DNA from: Acidimicrobiales bacterium
GTDB taxonomy: Bacteria > Actinomycetota > Acidimicrobiia > Acidimicrobiales > SZUA-35
DNA: 64,000 nt
Reading direction: 5' to 3'
Assembly (NCBI GenBank): GCA_965216685.1
Contig: OZ244195.1
Span: 529,610 to 593,609, forward strand
Shown here: positions 40,629 to 50,859 of the stretch, piece by piece
Layout of the letters: every line of letters starts with the position of its first letter
How positions within the stretch are numbered: the first letter of the stretch is position 1
Made by a program: the position numbers and the translations under genes
Notes under the pieces: generated by a model
Seen by the model: the letters and a program-made list of their open reading frames with translations, nothing else
Told to the model about the DNA's origin: nothing
Databases searched by the model: none

Positions 40629-41831
40629 TTAGGTAAGGACCATTTCAGCATACTTGCGTGCGGTTGAGTCAGCATCAAGCACCTCGTCGAGGGTCTCGCC
40701 CGAGCCACCGTCGTGCCGGTTCAGAACGCCTGCTATCACCCGATGAATATCGGCCCATCCGATTCGACCTTCAAGAAAAGCCTGAACCGCCACCTCGTTG
40801 GCGGCGCTGATCCAGGCCGGCGCCGTTCCCCCGGTACGACCGGCTTCGTAGGCCAGATCGAGGCAGGGGAACAGATCCCGGTCGGGAGGTTCGAAATCGA
40901 GTCGGCCCAACTCCCCCCAATCGATGGTGCCGAACGGGTGGGGGAATCGACCGGGATAGGCCAGGGCATAGGCGATGGGCAGCCTCATGTCGGGCCGGGA
41001 GAGCTGGGCGATGGTGGAGCCGTCGCCGAAGGTGACCATGGAGTGAACGATCGACTGGGGATGGACGACCACCTCGATGTCGTCCAGACCAATACCGTGG
41101 CCGGCTGCACCGGCCGGCCGGCCGAACAGCTCGTGAGCCTCGATGACCTCCAGGCCCTTGTTCATCAGGGTGGATGAGTCGACGGTGATCTTCGGCCCCA
41201 TGGCCCAGGTGGGGTGGGCCAGCGCATCGTCGACATCGACCGTCTCCAATTGTTGCCGGCTGTATCCTCGGAACGGCCCGCCGGATGCCGTGAGCTGGAT
41301 CCGGGCCACCGATGACGATCCGGGGCTGGGTCGTTGGCCGTGGGCTTGAAGGCACTGGTGGATGGCGGCGTGCTCGGAATCAACGGGAATCAGTTCGGCT
41401 CCCGGTGTTCGCCGGGCCTTCTGCACTACCGGGCCGGCCGCGATCAGCGACTCCTTGTTGGCCAGAGCCAGCCGCTTGCCGGCGTTGAGAGCGGCCAAGG
41501 TCGACGACAACCCGGCGAAGCCTACCACACCGTTGACCACCACGTCGGCCGCCACCGAGACCTCGGCCAGACCGGCCGCTCCGGCCAGCACGGCAACTTC
41601 GCCCAACCCGGCCGCCCGCAGGCGATCACGGGTCTGGCCCACCAGCGACTCGTCGCCCACAGCCACCATGGTGGGTCGAACCTCTACCGCCTGGGCCACC
41701 AGCTGGTCGAGACGGCGACCGGCGGCCAAGGCCGTTATCCGGTAGTCGTCCGGTCGACGACCGACGACCTCGATCGTCTGCGTGCCGATCGAACCGGTTG
41801 AGCCAACGACGGCGACCGTCGTCTCGGTCAC
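40629..41831 (-). CDS. dxr: 1-deoxy-D-xylulose 5-phosphate reductoisomerase
   Basis: VAVVGSTGSIGTQT..., LANKESL, DSEH and NAANE motifs. GTG 41831 overlaps the cdsA TAG by 1 nt. The track ORF is over-extended. Confidence 0.93.
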   Translation of the reverse strand: MTETTVAVVGSTGSIGTQTIEVVGRRPDDYRITALAAGRRLDQLVAQAVEVRPTMVAVGDESLVGQTRDRLRAAGLGEVAVLAGAAGLAEVSVAADVVVNGVVGFAGLSSTLAALNAGKRLALANKESLIAAGPVVQKARRTPGAELIPVDSEHAAIHQCLQAHGQRPSPGSSSVARIQLTASGGPFRGYSRQQLETVDVDDALAHPTWAMGPKITVDSSTLMNKGLEVIEAHELFGRPAGAAGHGIGLDDIEVVVHPQSIVHSMVTFGDGSTIAQLSRPDMRLPIAYALAYPGRFPHPFGTIDWGELGRLDFEPPDRDLFPCLDLAYEAGRTGGTAPAWISAANEVAVQAFLEGRIGWADIHRVIAGVLNRHDGGSGETLDEVLDADSTARKYAEMVLT

Positions 41832-43651
41832 TACAGGATGCCGAGCAGCACGGCCACGAAGTAGGCCCCGGGCAGGGCGAACAGGATGCCGTCGATCCGG
41901 TCGAGCAGGCCGCCATGACCGGGGATGATGGTGCCCATGTCCTTCACGCCGAGATCCCTTTTGACCAGCGATTCCGACAGATCCCCCAGCGGGGTCATGA
42001 CCCCGACGACCGCGCCCAGAGCCAGGGCGCCCAGGAATCGGCCGTCCCACATGGTGGTGAACGGCATGACGGCCATGGCGAAGGCGCAGAACACGGCGAA
42101 CACGAAACCGGTCATGGTGCCCTCCCACGTCTTGTTGGGACTGGCGCTGTGGAACGGCCGGCGGCCGAAGGCCCGGCCGCCGAAATAGGCCATGGTGTCG
42201 GAGACGACGGCGACGACGATGGTTGACAGGAGGAGCTGTATGCCAAACTCCTCGTTGCGCAGAATCAAAGCGGCAAATGCCCCCAGACCACCGATCCACA
42301 GTGCCCCGAGAATGGTCAGGCTGAGGTTCAGCACCGGCCGTTCGTGATCGGCCCCGGCTAGATACCACAACATGCCGAAGACCACACTCAAGGCCGAAAT
42401 GACGGTGAAGGCGACATCGCCCCGGAAGTAGGCGGCCACCGGGAAGCCCACAGTGGCCATCAGCCCGAGCAAGGTTGCCGGCCGCAGCCCGGCCAGGCGC
42501 ATGGCGTTGTAGAGCTCGATGACAGCCAGGAGGGCGGCGGCCGCCACCACCACCAGCATTGCCTGCGGACCAACCCAGAGAGCGGCCAGAACAACGCCGG
42601 CCATGACGGCGGCGGCGGCAATGGCTTGAGGAAGGTTGCGTCCGCCCGGCTCGTCGAGCCGGTCGAGATCGGACTGACCGTCGTAGTCTTCGCTCTCGAA
42701 GTACCGATCTTCCGGCCGGGAGCCGGGGAACAAACCGGGGGCGGTGGGATCGTCGTCGGAAAAGGCCGATGATCGCTCCACCCGAAGGTCGTCAATCGGC
42801 CGCGATCGATTCTCGGCCACCACGGGAGCCAGCCCTGATGGGCCGGACCGGTCGACGACCGGTTCTGTCGGGCGGCGGTCGATGGCCGGCGGTGAGCTGA
42901 CGGTGCGGCGACGAGGTTCGGCCGAAAGGCCGGACTCGGTGTCGACGCCCGAGACCGGGCGAGGCGGGCGGTCGCGATCGTCGATCGTGATCTCGCTGCC
43001 GAGGATCGACGGGCGGGCCGGGAGATCGCGATGATTGGCGATCTCGGTGTGATCGAGCCCGGTCATCGGTTCCACCAGCGGCTCGGTACCGGGGATACGG
43101 CGCCCTTCCGAGGTGTCGATGCTGGGCGGGATCGGCCGACCGTCGGGGCCCCAGTCGTCGAGTTCGGCGCCGCGGGAGGCAGGCGTCGGGGTTGATACAC
43201 CGGCCGTCGTGTTGGTGGCCGCCGGGGCCGTCACGGTGGCCGAGCCGTTCGGCTCGTCGGCCTCGGCGCTCCCGGTCAGATCGGTGTCACCGGAACCGGC
43301 GAAGACGTCGGCCAGGTCCGGGCCCGACCATGTCGGATCGTCGCTCTGCCAGCTGGGCCCGGCAACGTCGCCCCACCGTTCCTTGCCTTCGTTCTCCCCC
43401 TCCAGCACCTTGGGTACCTGGCCGGTGGCCGGGGCGGTCCAGTGCTGCAGCCCGGCGGCCTCGGCTTCGGCCGCGGTCTTGCGCTCGGCCGCCGTCGTCC
43501 CCGACTTGCGGTCGAATTCGTCGTCGTCGGACCGCACAACCGGCACCTTGCCAAAGGTACTGGGATCGGGTTCCGGCGGCGGCTCGAACAAGTCGAAGAT
43601 ACTCGGCGAATCCGACTCGTCGTTGCTGTCTCGTCCATTGATGTCGGCCAC
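41831..43651 (-). CDS. cdsA: Phosphatidate cytidylyltransferase with ~320-aa disordered N-terminal extension
   Basis: The C-terminal ~280 aa are the CdsA membrane domain (...SDTMAYFGGRAFGRRPF...GHGGLLDRIDG). The N-terminal part is acidic/Pro-rich with high GC3. GTG 43651 lies 74 nt after frr. Confidence 0.85.
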   Translation of the reverse strand: MADINGRDSNDESDSPSIFDLFEPPPEPDPSTFGKVPVVRSDDDEFDRKSGTTAAERKTAAEAEAAGLQHWTAPATGQVPKVLEGENEGKERWGDVAGPSWQSDDPTWSGPDLADVFAGSGDTDLTGSAEADEPNGSATVTAPAATNTTAGVSTPTPASRGAELDDWGPDGRPIPPSIDTSEGRRIPGTEPLVEPMTGLDHTEIANHRDLPARPSILGSEITIDDRDRPPRPVSGVDTESGLSAEPRRRTVSSPPAIDRRPTEPVVDRSGPSGLAPVVAENRSRPIDDLRVERSSAFSDDDPTAPGLFPGSRPEDRYFESEDYDGQSDLDRLDEPGGRNLPQAIAAAAVMAGVVLAALWVGPQAMLVVVAAAALLAVIELYNAMRLAGLRPATLLGLMATVGFPVAAYFRGDVAFTVISALSVVFGMLWYLAGADHERPVLNLSLTILGALWIGGLGAFAALILRNEEFGIQLLLSTIVVAVVSDTMAYFGGRAFGRRPFHSASPNKTWEGTMTGFVFAVFCAFAMAVMPFTTMWDGRFLGALALGAVVGVMTPLGDLSESLVKRDLGVKDMGTIIPGHGGLLDRIDGILFALPGAYFVAVLLGIL

Positions 43652-43724
43652 TATGGCGTTTCCTTCCGATCATCGTCGGCCCCGGCAACGTCACGGCGAC
43701 GTCGACAAGCCTCCGATGCTTCGG

Positions 43725-45052
<1,328 letters not shown>

Positions 45053-45186
45053 TCAGGGTCCGCTCCGGCGCACACGGCAGCTGACGGGCGGGTTCATCCT
45101 CAGGCTACTGGTTACGGCGCCTCTTGCGGGTGTATCACCGTCCTGACGGGCGCGTCGTAGTAGGCGACCGATATTGGAGGGATCGA

Positions 45187-45414
45187 ATGAGTCACTTCGC
45201 CTACGCCCTGGGGGCCCGCATCGTCGCCCGCTCGGGGCAACCGCCAACCGGGGAACCGCCCGGACCGCCGTCCGAACCCGACGAAGAGCAGACCCGCCGG
45301 CTGGTTCGCCTGCTGTCGGCCATGGGCCGCGGTCTGCGCCGGACCATCGTCGGCCGGCGTCGGAACCCGAAGCCGGCGGGCCATCACCGACCGGCGGTCT
45401 GGCCCAAGCTCTAG
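45187..45414 (+). CDS. Hypothetical small basic protein (75 aa)
   Basis: ATG 45187 lies 6 nt after GGAGGG. About 83% GC3. Its TAG stop (45412-45414) lies inside the CTAG abutting the IS end. No family recognised. Confidence 0.45.
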   Translation: MSHFAYALGARIVARSGQPPTGEPPGPPSEPDEEQTRRLVRLLSAMGRGLRRTIVGRRRNPKPAGHHRPAVWPKL

Positions 45415-46727
45415 CAGGGTGCGGAAAATCGGTCGGTAGGCCGTGTATTGGTGCTAGGGGTGGTTCCAGGTGTCGGGTCCGGTGATGGTGGTGGCCCGGA
45501 TCGGGTGGCCCCGAGGCCGCCTGGCGGCTTCGGGAGGCCCCTGTTGGGACCGGGCCAGGCAGGGGTCAGGCTGTCGCGGCGTCGAGAGCGCAGATCCGAA
45601 TCAGGTTGTAGACAGCGGCTTCGGTCTTGAACCAGGCCCGGTTGCGGGCTTGGCCGATGTAGCGGAGCTTGCGGCCAGCCCCGACGGTCTTAATCCAACC
45701 GAAGGGCTCCTCGACCCGTTTCCGGATCCGCTGGGACACGCCGTAGCCGTCGTGGCGGGTGGTGCGCCCATCGATCGCCGATCTTCGGTTGCTGGTGTTC
45801 TGGGCGACGTGTGGCGTGAACCCCAGCTCACGGACCTCAGCGACGAAGTCCTTCGTGTCGTAGCTCTTGTCCCCAGCGACGGTCCGGCGCCTGCCCGATG
45901 CTGGCAACCGTCTGAGCATCTCGGTGGCACAATCGCGCTCGGCGTAGCCGGTCGCTTGGGTCAACTCGGCGTCGACGATCAGCCCGCAGCGGTTCTCGAT
46001 CAACAGGTGCCCCATATAGGACAGCTCCGCTGGGGCTGCGTTGGACTTGCGGAACAGCATCGCCTCGGGATCGGTCGTGGAGGTGTGCGTGGAGTTCGAC
46101 CGGCGCTGCCCCTTGAAATCGATCTCGGCGTTGCGGCCCTTGAACCCGTTCCCATCGTCGTCGTCGTTGCTGCGGTCGTTGGGTTTGAAGCTCTTGTTCG
46201 ATGCCCACGCCTGCAACAAGGTGCCATCGACGGAGAAGTGATCCGACGACATGTAGCGGCGCAGCTTCGCCTGGGTCACCACCGCAGCGAAGAACCGATC
46301 CGCGATCTCGTGATCCAAAAGGCGTTCCCGGTTCTTCGTGAACGTCGTCGCGTCGAACGCCCGGTCGTCGATCGCCAGATCCAAGAACCACTTGAACAAC
46401 ATGTCATAGTTGAGTCGCTCGCAGAACGCCCGCTCGGAACGGATCGAGTACATCGCCATCAACACCGTTGCCTTCAACAGGGTCTCCGGTGGCACCGACC
46501 GCCGACCCGAGTCCGCATACATAGCGTCGAACTCGCTATCAAGACCGGCCAACACCTCGTCGACCACGACCCGGATCCGGCGGATCGGATGATCCACCGG
46601 GATCAGATCCTCGGTGCTCAACGACGACAACATCGACAACTGCCGGTCAGGGGTTCCACGCATCCCCCCATTCTTTTCGATTCCCGACCAGAACGCGAGC
46701 ACCAACCAGAAGAATTTCAGCACCCTG
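45415..46727 (-). mobile_element. IS5-family insertion sequence (~1.3 kb), apparently intact
   Basis: Terminal inverted repeats cagggtgcggaaaatc (45415-45430) and gaatttcagcaccctg (46712-46727) match 14/16. CTAG flanks both sides (45411-45414, 46728-46731). There is a single DDE transposase ORF. Confidence 0.85.
45566..46663 (-). CDS. IS5-family DDE transposase (InsH N-terminal/DUF772 plus DDE domain)
   Basis: MRGTPDRQLSMLS...LIPVDHPIRRIRVVVDEVL... DDE candidates are HFSVDGTLL, VAGDKSYD and RVEEPFGWIK. The track ORF runs past the IS end into tsf and is trimmed to ATG 46663. Confidence 0.88.
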   Translation of the reverse strand: MRGTPDRQLSMLSSLSTEDLIPVDHPIRRIRVVVDEVLAGLDSEFDAMYADSGRRSVPPETLLKATVLMAMYSIRSERAFCERLNYDMLFKWFLDLAIDDRAFDATTFTKNRERLLDHEIADRFFAAVVTQAKLRRYMSSDHFSVDGTLLQAWASNKSFKPNDRSNDDDDGNGFKGRNAEIDFKGQRRSNSTHTSTTDPEAMLFRKSNAAPAELSYMGHLLIENRCGLIVDAELTQATGYAERDCATEMLRRLPASGRRRTVAGDKSYDTKDFVAEVRELGFTPHVAQNTSNRRSAIDGRTTRHDGYGVSQRIRKRVEEPFGWIKTVGAGRKLRYIGQARNRAWFKTEAAVYNLIRICALDAATA

Positions 46728-46783
46728 CTAGCCGCTTCGGCGCCGAGCGCCACGCTCGCCACCACTCTGCACTCCGGCGAGCC

Positions 46784-46806
46784 GACGACCCCGTCACGGG
46801 GTCGTC
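46784..46806 (-). terminator. Hairpin 3' of tsf
   Basis: gacgacccc-gtcac-ggggtcgtc, a 9-bp perfect stem 21 nt after the tsf stop. No U-tract. Confidence 0.4.
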
Positions 46807-46826
46807 GAATCACCAAGGCGTCGTGG

Positions 46827-47603
46827 CTAGCCGACCATGGCCAGGACGAAACGTTTGATGGAGCCGTCACCGATCTTGGCCTTGACGGTTTCCTTCTCAC
46901 CGAACACGCCCTGCTCCAGCAGTACCTGGTCACCGAACCAGGCGTTGACCCGACCCTCGACGATCTTGTCCCAGGCGGCTTCCGGCTTGCCTTCGTTCTT
47001 GGTGATCTCCAGAAGGGCGGCCCGCTCCCGATCAACCTCGTCGGCCGGGACCTCGTCCCGGCTCAGATAACCCGGCTTGGCGAAGGCGATGTGGAGGGCG
47101 ATCTCGTGCAGCGTTTCGGTGTCGACCCCCTCGGCCTCAACCAGTACGCCTGCTCGACCGGCGCCGTGAACGTAGGCATCGATCAGCGAGTCGGCCGACT
47201 TCTCATAGCGGACAACGGTCCCGAAGTCGATGTTCTCCTTGACGGTCAGCTTCAGCTCCTCGATCGCCTCGGCCTTCTCCGCCACCGCCTCGGGCCCTTT
47301 GGCCAGCACCAGCTCGGCCAGCTCGTGAGCCAACTTGACGAAATCGTCGGACTTGGCGGCGAAGTCGGTCTCGGACTTGAGGTGAACCAATGAGGCGGCC
47401 TGGTCGTTCTCGGCCACGACCACGATGCCCTCGCTGTTCTCCCGATCGCTCCGTCCGGCCGCCTTGGCCAGACCTTTCTCGCGGAGGATCTGAACCGCGG
47501 CCTCGAAGTCACCGTCGGCATCGGTGAGTGCCTTCTTGGCGTCCATCATGCCGGCGCCGGTCGACTTGCGAAGTTCTTGTACATCCTTGGCGGTGATGGC
47601 CAT
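46827..47603 (-). CDS. tsf: Elongation factor Ts
   Basis: MAITAKDVQELRKSTGAGMMDAKKALTDADGDFEAAVQILREKG... SD AAAGGAA. Confidence 0.96.
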   Translation of the reverse strand: MAITAKDVQELRKSTGAGMMDAKKALTDADGDFEAAVQILREKGLAKAAGRSDRENSEGIVVVAENDQAASLVHLKSETDFAAKSDDFVKLAHELAELVLAKGPEAVAEKAEAIEELKLTVKENIDFGTVVRYEKSADSLIDAYVHGAGRAGVLVEAEGVDTETLHEIALHIAFAKPGYLSRDEVPADEVDRERAALLEITKNEGKPEAAWDKIVEGRVNAWFGDQVLLEQGVFGEKETVKAKIGDGSIKRFVLAMVG

Positions 47604-47650
47604 TTGGCGTTCCTTTTTCTACTCGTTCTTGTGGTGAATCGACCGACCGA

Positions 47651-48868
47651 TCAGGCCGTCTCGGGATCGGAGGCCTCCGCCGGCGCAACAGCCTCAGGAG
47701 CGGCCTCAGCGGCAGGAGCCTCCGCCGGTGCAACAGCCTCGGGAGCAGGCATCTCAGCAGGAGCCGCAGTCTCGGCAGCGGGCGCGTCAGGCGGAGCGGC
47801 AGCTTCGGCAGCAGACGCCTCGGCCGGCGCAGCGGGCGCGTCGGGCGGAGCGGCAGCTTCGGCAGCAGACGCCTCGGCCGGCGCAGCGGGCGCGTCGGGC
47901 GGAGCGGCAGCTTCGGCAGCAGACGCCTCGGCCGGCGCAGCGGTCTCGGTGGCCGGGGCCTCGCCATTGGCCGCAGCGGCTTCGGGTGCGGGCGGGGGCG
48001 CCGGGACCTCGGCGGCGGCGGCAGCAGCCTGCTCGGCGGCCAGAGCAGCAGCCACCCGAGCCTCGCGGTCGGCGGCGGCGGCCGCTGCCGCCTCCCGAGC
48101 GGCAGCCTGCTCGGCGGCGATGGCCGCCTCCTCTTCAGCAGAGCGGGCCTGGGGAGCGCTGGGGGCTCCGGTCCGACGGGCGGCCATGATCTTGCCCTCT
48201 GCCACCGCTTCGGCGATGACCCGGGTCATGAGTTCGGCCGAGCGAATGGCATCGTCGTTGCCGGGGATGGGGTAGGTGATCAGATCGGGGTCGCAGTTGG
48301 TGTCGACCACGGCCACGATGGGGATACCCAGCTTGCGGGCCTCGGTCACGGCGATGTGCTCGATGATGGTGTCGACCACGAAGACCACGCTGGGCAGCTT
48401 GCCCATGGTCTTGATACCGCCGATGTTCCGGTTCAGCTTCTCCAGCTCCCGGCCGTAGCGGAGGGCTTCCTTCTTCGGCATCTCCTCGAAGTCACCGGCG
48501 GCCTGCATGCGCTCGTACTCAAGCAGCTTGCCCACCCGCTTGGAGATCGTCTGGTAGTTGGTGAGCATGCCGCCGAGCCATCGCTGATCGACAAAAGGCA
48601 TGCCGACGGACTGGGCGTGACGCCGGATCGACTCCTGGGCCTGCTTCTTCGTGCCCACGAACAGCACCGTGCCACCCTTTGCCACCTCGTCCCGGACGAA
48701 GGTGTAGGCCGTCTCGATCCGGGAGAGAGTCTCCTCCAGGTCGATGATGTAGACCCCGTTGCGGTCGCCGTGGATGAACCGCTTCATCTTGGGGTTCCAG
48801 CGGCGGGTCTGATGACCGAAATGCACGCCGGCTTCCAGCATTTGCTTCATGGTGACAACAGCAGTCAC
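47651..48868 (-). CDS. rpsB: 30S ribosomal protein S2 with ~140-aa Ala/Pro/Glu-rich C-terminal extension
   Basis: [28 protein letters not shown]... GTG preceded by GGAGGAAG. The tail contains in-frame tandem repeats. Confidence 0.95.
   Translation of the reverse strand: MTAVVTMKQMLEAGVHFGHQTRRWNPKMKRFIHGDRNGVYIIDLEETLSRIETAYTFVRDEVAKGGTVLFVGTKKQAQESIRRHAQSVGMPFVDQRWLGGMLTNYQTISKRVGKLLEYERMQAAGDFEEMPKKEALRYGRELEKLNRNIGGIKTMGKLPSVVFVVDTIIEHIAVTEARKLGIPIVAVVDTNCDPDLITYPIPGNDDAIRSAELMTRVIAEAVAEGKIMAARRTGAPSAPQARSAEEEAAIAAEQAAAREAAAAAAADREARVAAALAAEQAAAAAAEVPAPPPAPEAAAANGEAPATETAAPAEASAAEAAAPPDAPAAPAEASAAEAAAPPDAPAAPAEASAAEAAAPPDAPAAETAAPAEMPAPEAVAPAEAPAAEAAPEAVAPAEASDPETA
47776..47943. repeat. 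In-frame 54-bp tandem repeat x3.1 inside the rpsB 3' region
   Basis: Units start at 47776, 47830 and 47884, with one mismatch between copies. They encode [18 protein letters not shown]-type 18-aa units. Confidence 0.9.
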
Positions 48869-49031
48869 GTTTCTTCCTCCGGTTGTTGTCGGCCGATCTC
48901 GCTCCGCTGCACGGAGACCGAGGATTCGGATCGACCGAATTGGTTTGTGGCTTGATCGTGCAGTTCCGACTCCGCAACAGCGGATCGGAGGCCAAAAGGC
49001 CCTTATGAACTATAGCGGCCGGGCTCACCGA

Positions 49032-49514
49032 TCAACTCCCCCGTTTCGCCGGTTTGGCCACCAATCGCACCGACCAGGACTGGCCCAGGTAGGCCATCGG
49101 GTCCACGTACACACCGTTGAGACGGGCCGTGAGGTGAAATCCGGAGCGAGCAGTGGCGATTGGTTGACCGGCGGCCACCCTGTCGCCGACGGAGACATCG
49201 ATACGGTCGACGTAGGCGTAGGTGGAGCGCAGTTCCGGGCTGTGGGCCACCACGACGAAACGGTGCCGACCGACCGGCCCGGCGAAGGTGACCTTTCCGG
49301 CCGCCACCGCCACCACCGTCTGCCCCGGCGTTGTGTCGTATTCGAGACCGCGATTGCCGGCGCCGTAGGGCCCGGCCGGTGGACGGAAGAAGTCGATCAC
49401 GGGCGCATCCACCGGATGACGCCACCGTTGGTTGGAGTCGACAGCGGCGGTTGAGCCGGTGCCGCCGATCAGTAGTTGAGCGGCCAATGCGATGGCCAGA
49501 AGAGCGGGAGCCAT
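49032..49514 (-). CDS. Secreted LytM/M23-domain protein with degenerate active site
   Basis: Signal peptide MAPALLAIALAAQLL. The LytM fold is present, but motif 1 reads NRGLE instead of HxGxD and motif 2 reads HLT instead of HxH. ATG preceded by GAGGAGG. Confidence 0.8.
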   Translation of the reverse strand: MAPALLAIALAAQLLIGGTGSTAAVDSNQRWRHPVDAPVIDFFRPPAGPYGAGNRGLEYDTTPGQTVVAVAAGKVTFAGPVGRHRFVVVAHSPELRSTYAYVDRIDVSVGDRVAAGQPIATARSGFHLTARLNGVYVDPMAYLGQSWSVRLVAKPAKRGS

Positions 49515-49801
49515 GTGGGCCTCCTCGAGAAGCGAAGATCGAGGGGCCGGAGAACCCGAGTGCCCGCAGGGCGGTGCTCAGAGCCTAGCCCGGTTCGACA
49601 ACACGCCCTCGCCCCGATCACGCAGCAGGGCACGGCTGGGCTCGACGGGAGCCGCTGTCTCGCCCGCTCCCGGGCCGGGTTTGGACGCTCCTCCGGCCTT
49701 CACACGGTTCTGGGACCGAAGCCACGATTGGAGGCGTGGTCAAGCTCGGTGCGACCGCCCGGTTCCATCGGCGGTCCGGCCCGGCCGACCAGGCCGGCAA
49801 C

Positions 49802-50590
49802 CTAAACCGGTTCCCGTTCGGCCTGTTCCAGGCGGGACCGGAGACCGAAGACGGCCTTGGTGTGAATCTGGCAAACTCGGCTCTCGGTCACGCCCAACAC
49901 CTTGCCGATCTCGGCCAGCGTCATGTTCTCGTAGTAGTAAAGGGTCAACACGATCTTCTCCCGCTCACTCATCGTGTTGATGGCCCGGGCCAGGAGCTGC
50001 CGGGATTCCGACCGCTCGTAGGTCATGCCCGGACCGTCACGGCGATCAGCCAGGGTGTCGCCGAAGGTGAGCGACTCGGTACCGCCGGCCGACAGCATCT
50101 CGTCGAGGGCAACCATGCCCAGCGATCCGATCTGCTTGTAGACCCCGTTGAGTTGGTCGGAGGTGAGGTCGAGTTCGTCGGCGATCTCGGAGTCGGTGGG
50201 AGGGCGATGCAGCTTGGCCTCCAGCTTGGCCATGGCCCGCTCCACCGATTTGGCCTTCGACCTGACCGACCGGGGCACCCAGTCGATCGACCGCAACTCG
50301 TCGAGTATCGCTCCCTTGATCCGGGAAACGGCGTAGGTCTCGAATTTGAAGCCGCGCTCGGGATCGAACTTGGTGATGGCATCGATCAGGCCAAACATGC
50401 CATAGCTGATCAGGTCGGCCTGGTCCACGGTCTGAGGTAGGCCGGCAGCGATCCTGCTGGCCACGTACTTGACCAGCGGCGCATAGTAGACGATCAGCTC
50501 ATCCCGGTCCTGTTGTTGCTCGGTCGTCTTGAATCGCGCCCAGACGGCCTCAAGTTCACGTTCGGTTTCAATAGCCACGGTGCCCGCCAT
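49802..50590 (-). CDS. whiG: FliA/WhiG-family (sigma-28-type) RNA polymerase sigma factor
   Basis: LIVYYAPLVKYVASR...DLISYGMFGLIDAITKFDPERGFKFETYA...; the region 4 HTH is MTLAEIGKVLGVTESRVCQIH. Synteny with M23-rpsB-tsf matches Streptomyces whiG. ATG 50590. Confidence 0.85.
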   Translation of the reverse strand: MAGTVAIETERELEAVWARFKTTEQQQDRDELIVYYAPLVKYVASRIAAGLPQTVDQADLISYGMFGLIDAITKFDPERGFKFETYAVSRIKGAILDELRSIDWVPRSVRSKAKSVERAMAKLEAKLHRPPTDSEIADELDLTSDQLNGVYKQIGSLGMVALDEMLSAGGTESLTFGDTLADRRDGPGMTYERSESRQLLARAINTMSEREKIVLTLYYYENMTLAEIGKVLGVTESRVCQIHTKAVFGLRSRLEQAEREPV

Positions 50591-50859
50591 GGTGAGTGGG
50601 TTCTCAGGTCTTGGCCGAGAAGCGCCCGGACCTTGGCCCCAGCCTCCTCGTACCCACTCTCCGTCGGCGTTCCGCCACAGAACGTGAGAATTTGGGCTAG
50701 ATTCTCTATCGAACTGAACCAGATGGCGGGTACCGGCCTGGGGCCGTCGCGGCGATTGATCCTGATTGTCAAACACCTCCGGTTCCGAAGATTTCTCAAA
50801 CCCGAGCAGGCGAAGATAGCGGACCTTTGCGGCGGAAGTCACGGCCAGAAGGGTAGCGG

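Noticed and set aside
45470-46858. 462-aa plus-strand ORF spanning the IS
   Set aside because: It is antisense to the transposase and crosses the IS boundary into the tsf 3' end, so it is not a plausible gene.
46664-47035. N-terminal 124 codons of the transposase track ORF
   Set aside because: They run beyond the right IR (46727) and into tsf. ATG 46663 gives a transposase contained within the IS.
49515-49801. Possible cyclic-di-AMP (ydaO-type) riboswitch upstream of the M23 gene
   Set aside because: The context is suggestive, since cell-wall hydrolase genes carry it in Actinobacteria. However, I could not recognise the conserved ydaO core by eye. The region also contains the whiG 3' hairpin (ccggcc-tggtc-ggccgg). 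A covariance-model scan is needed before any call.
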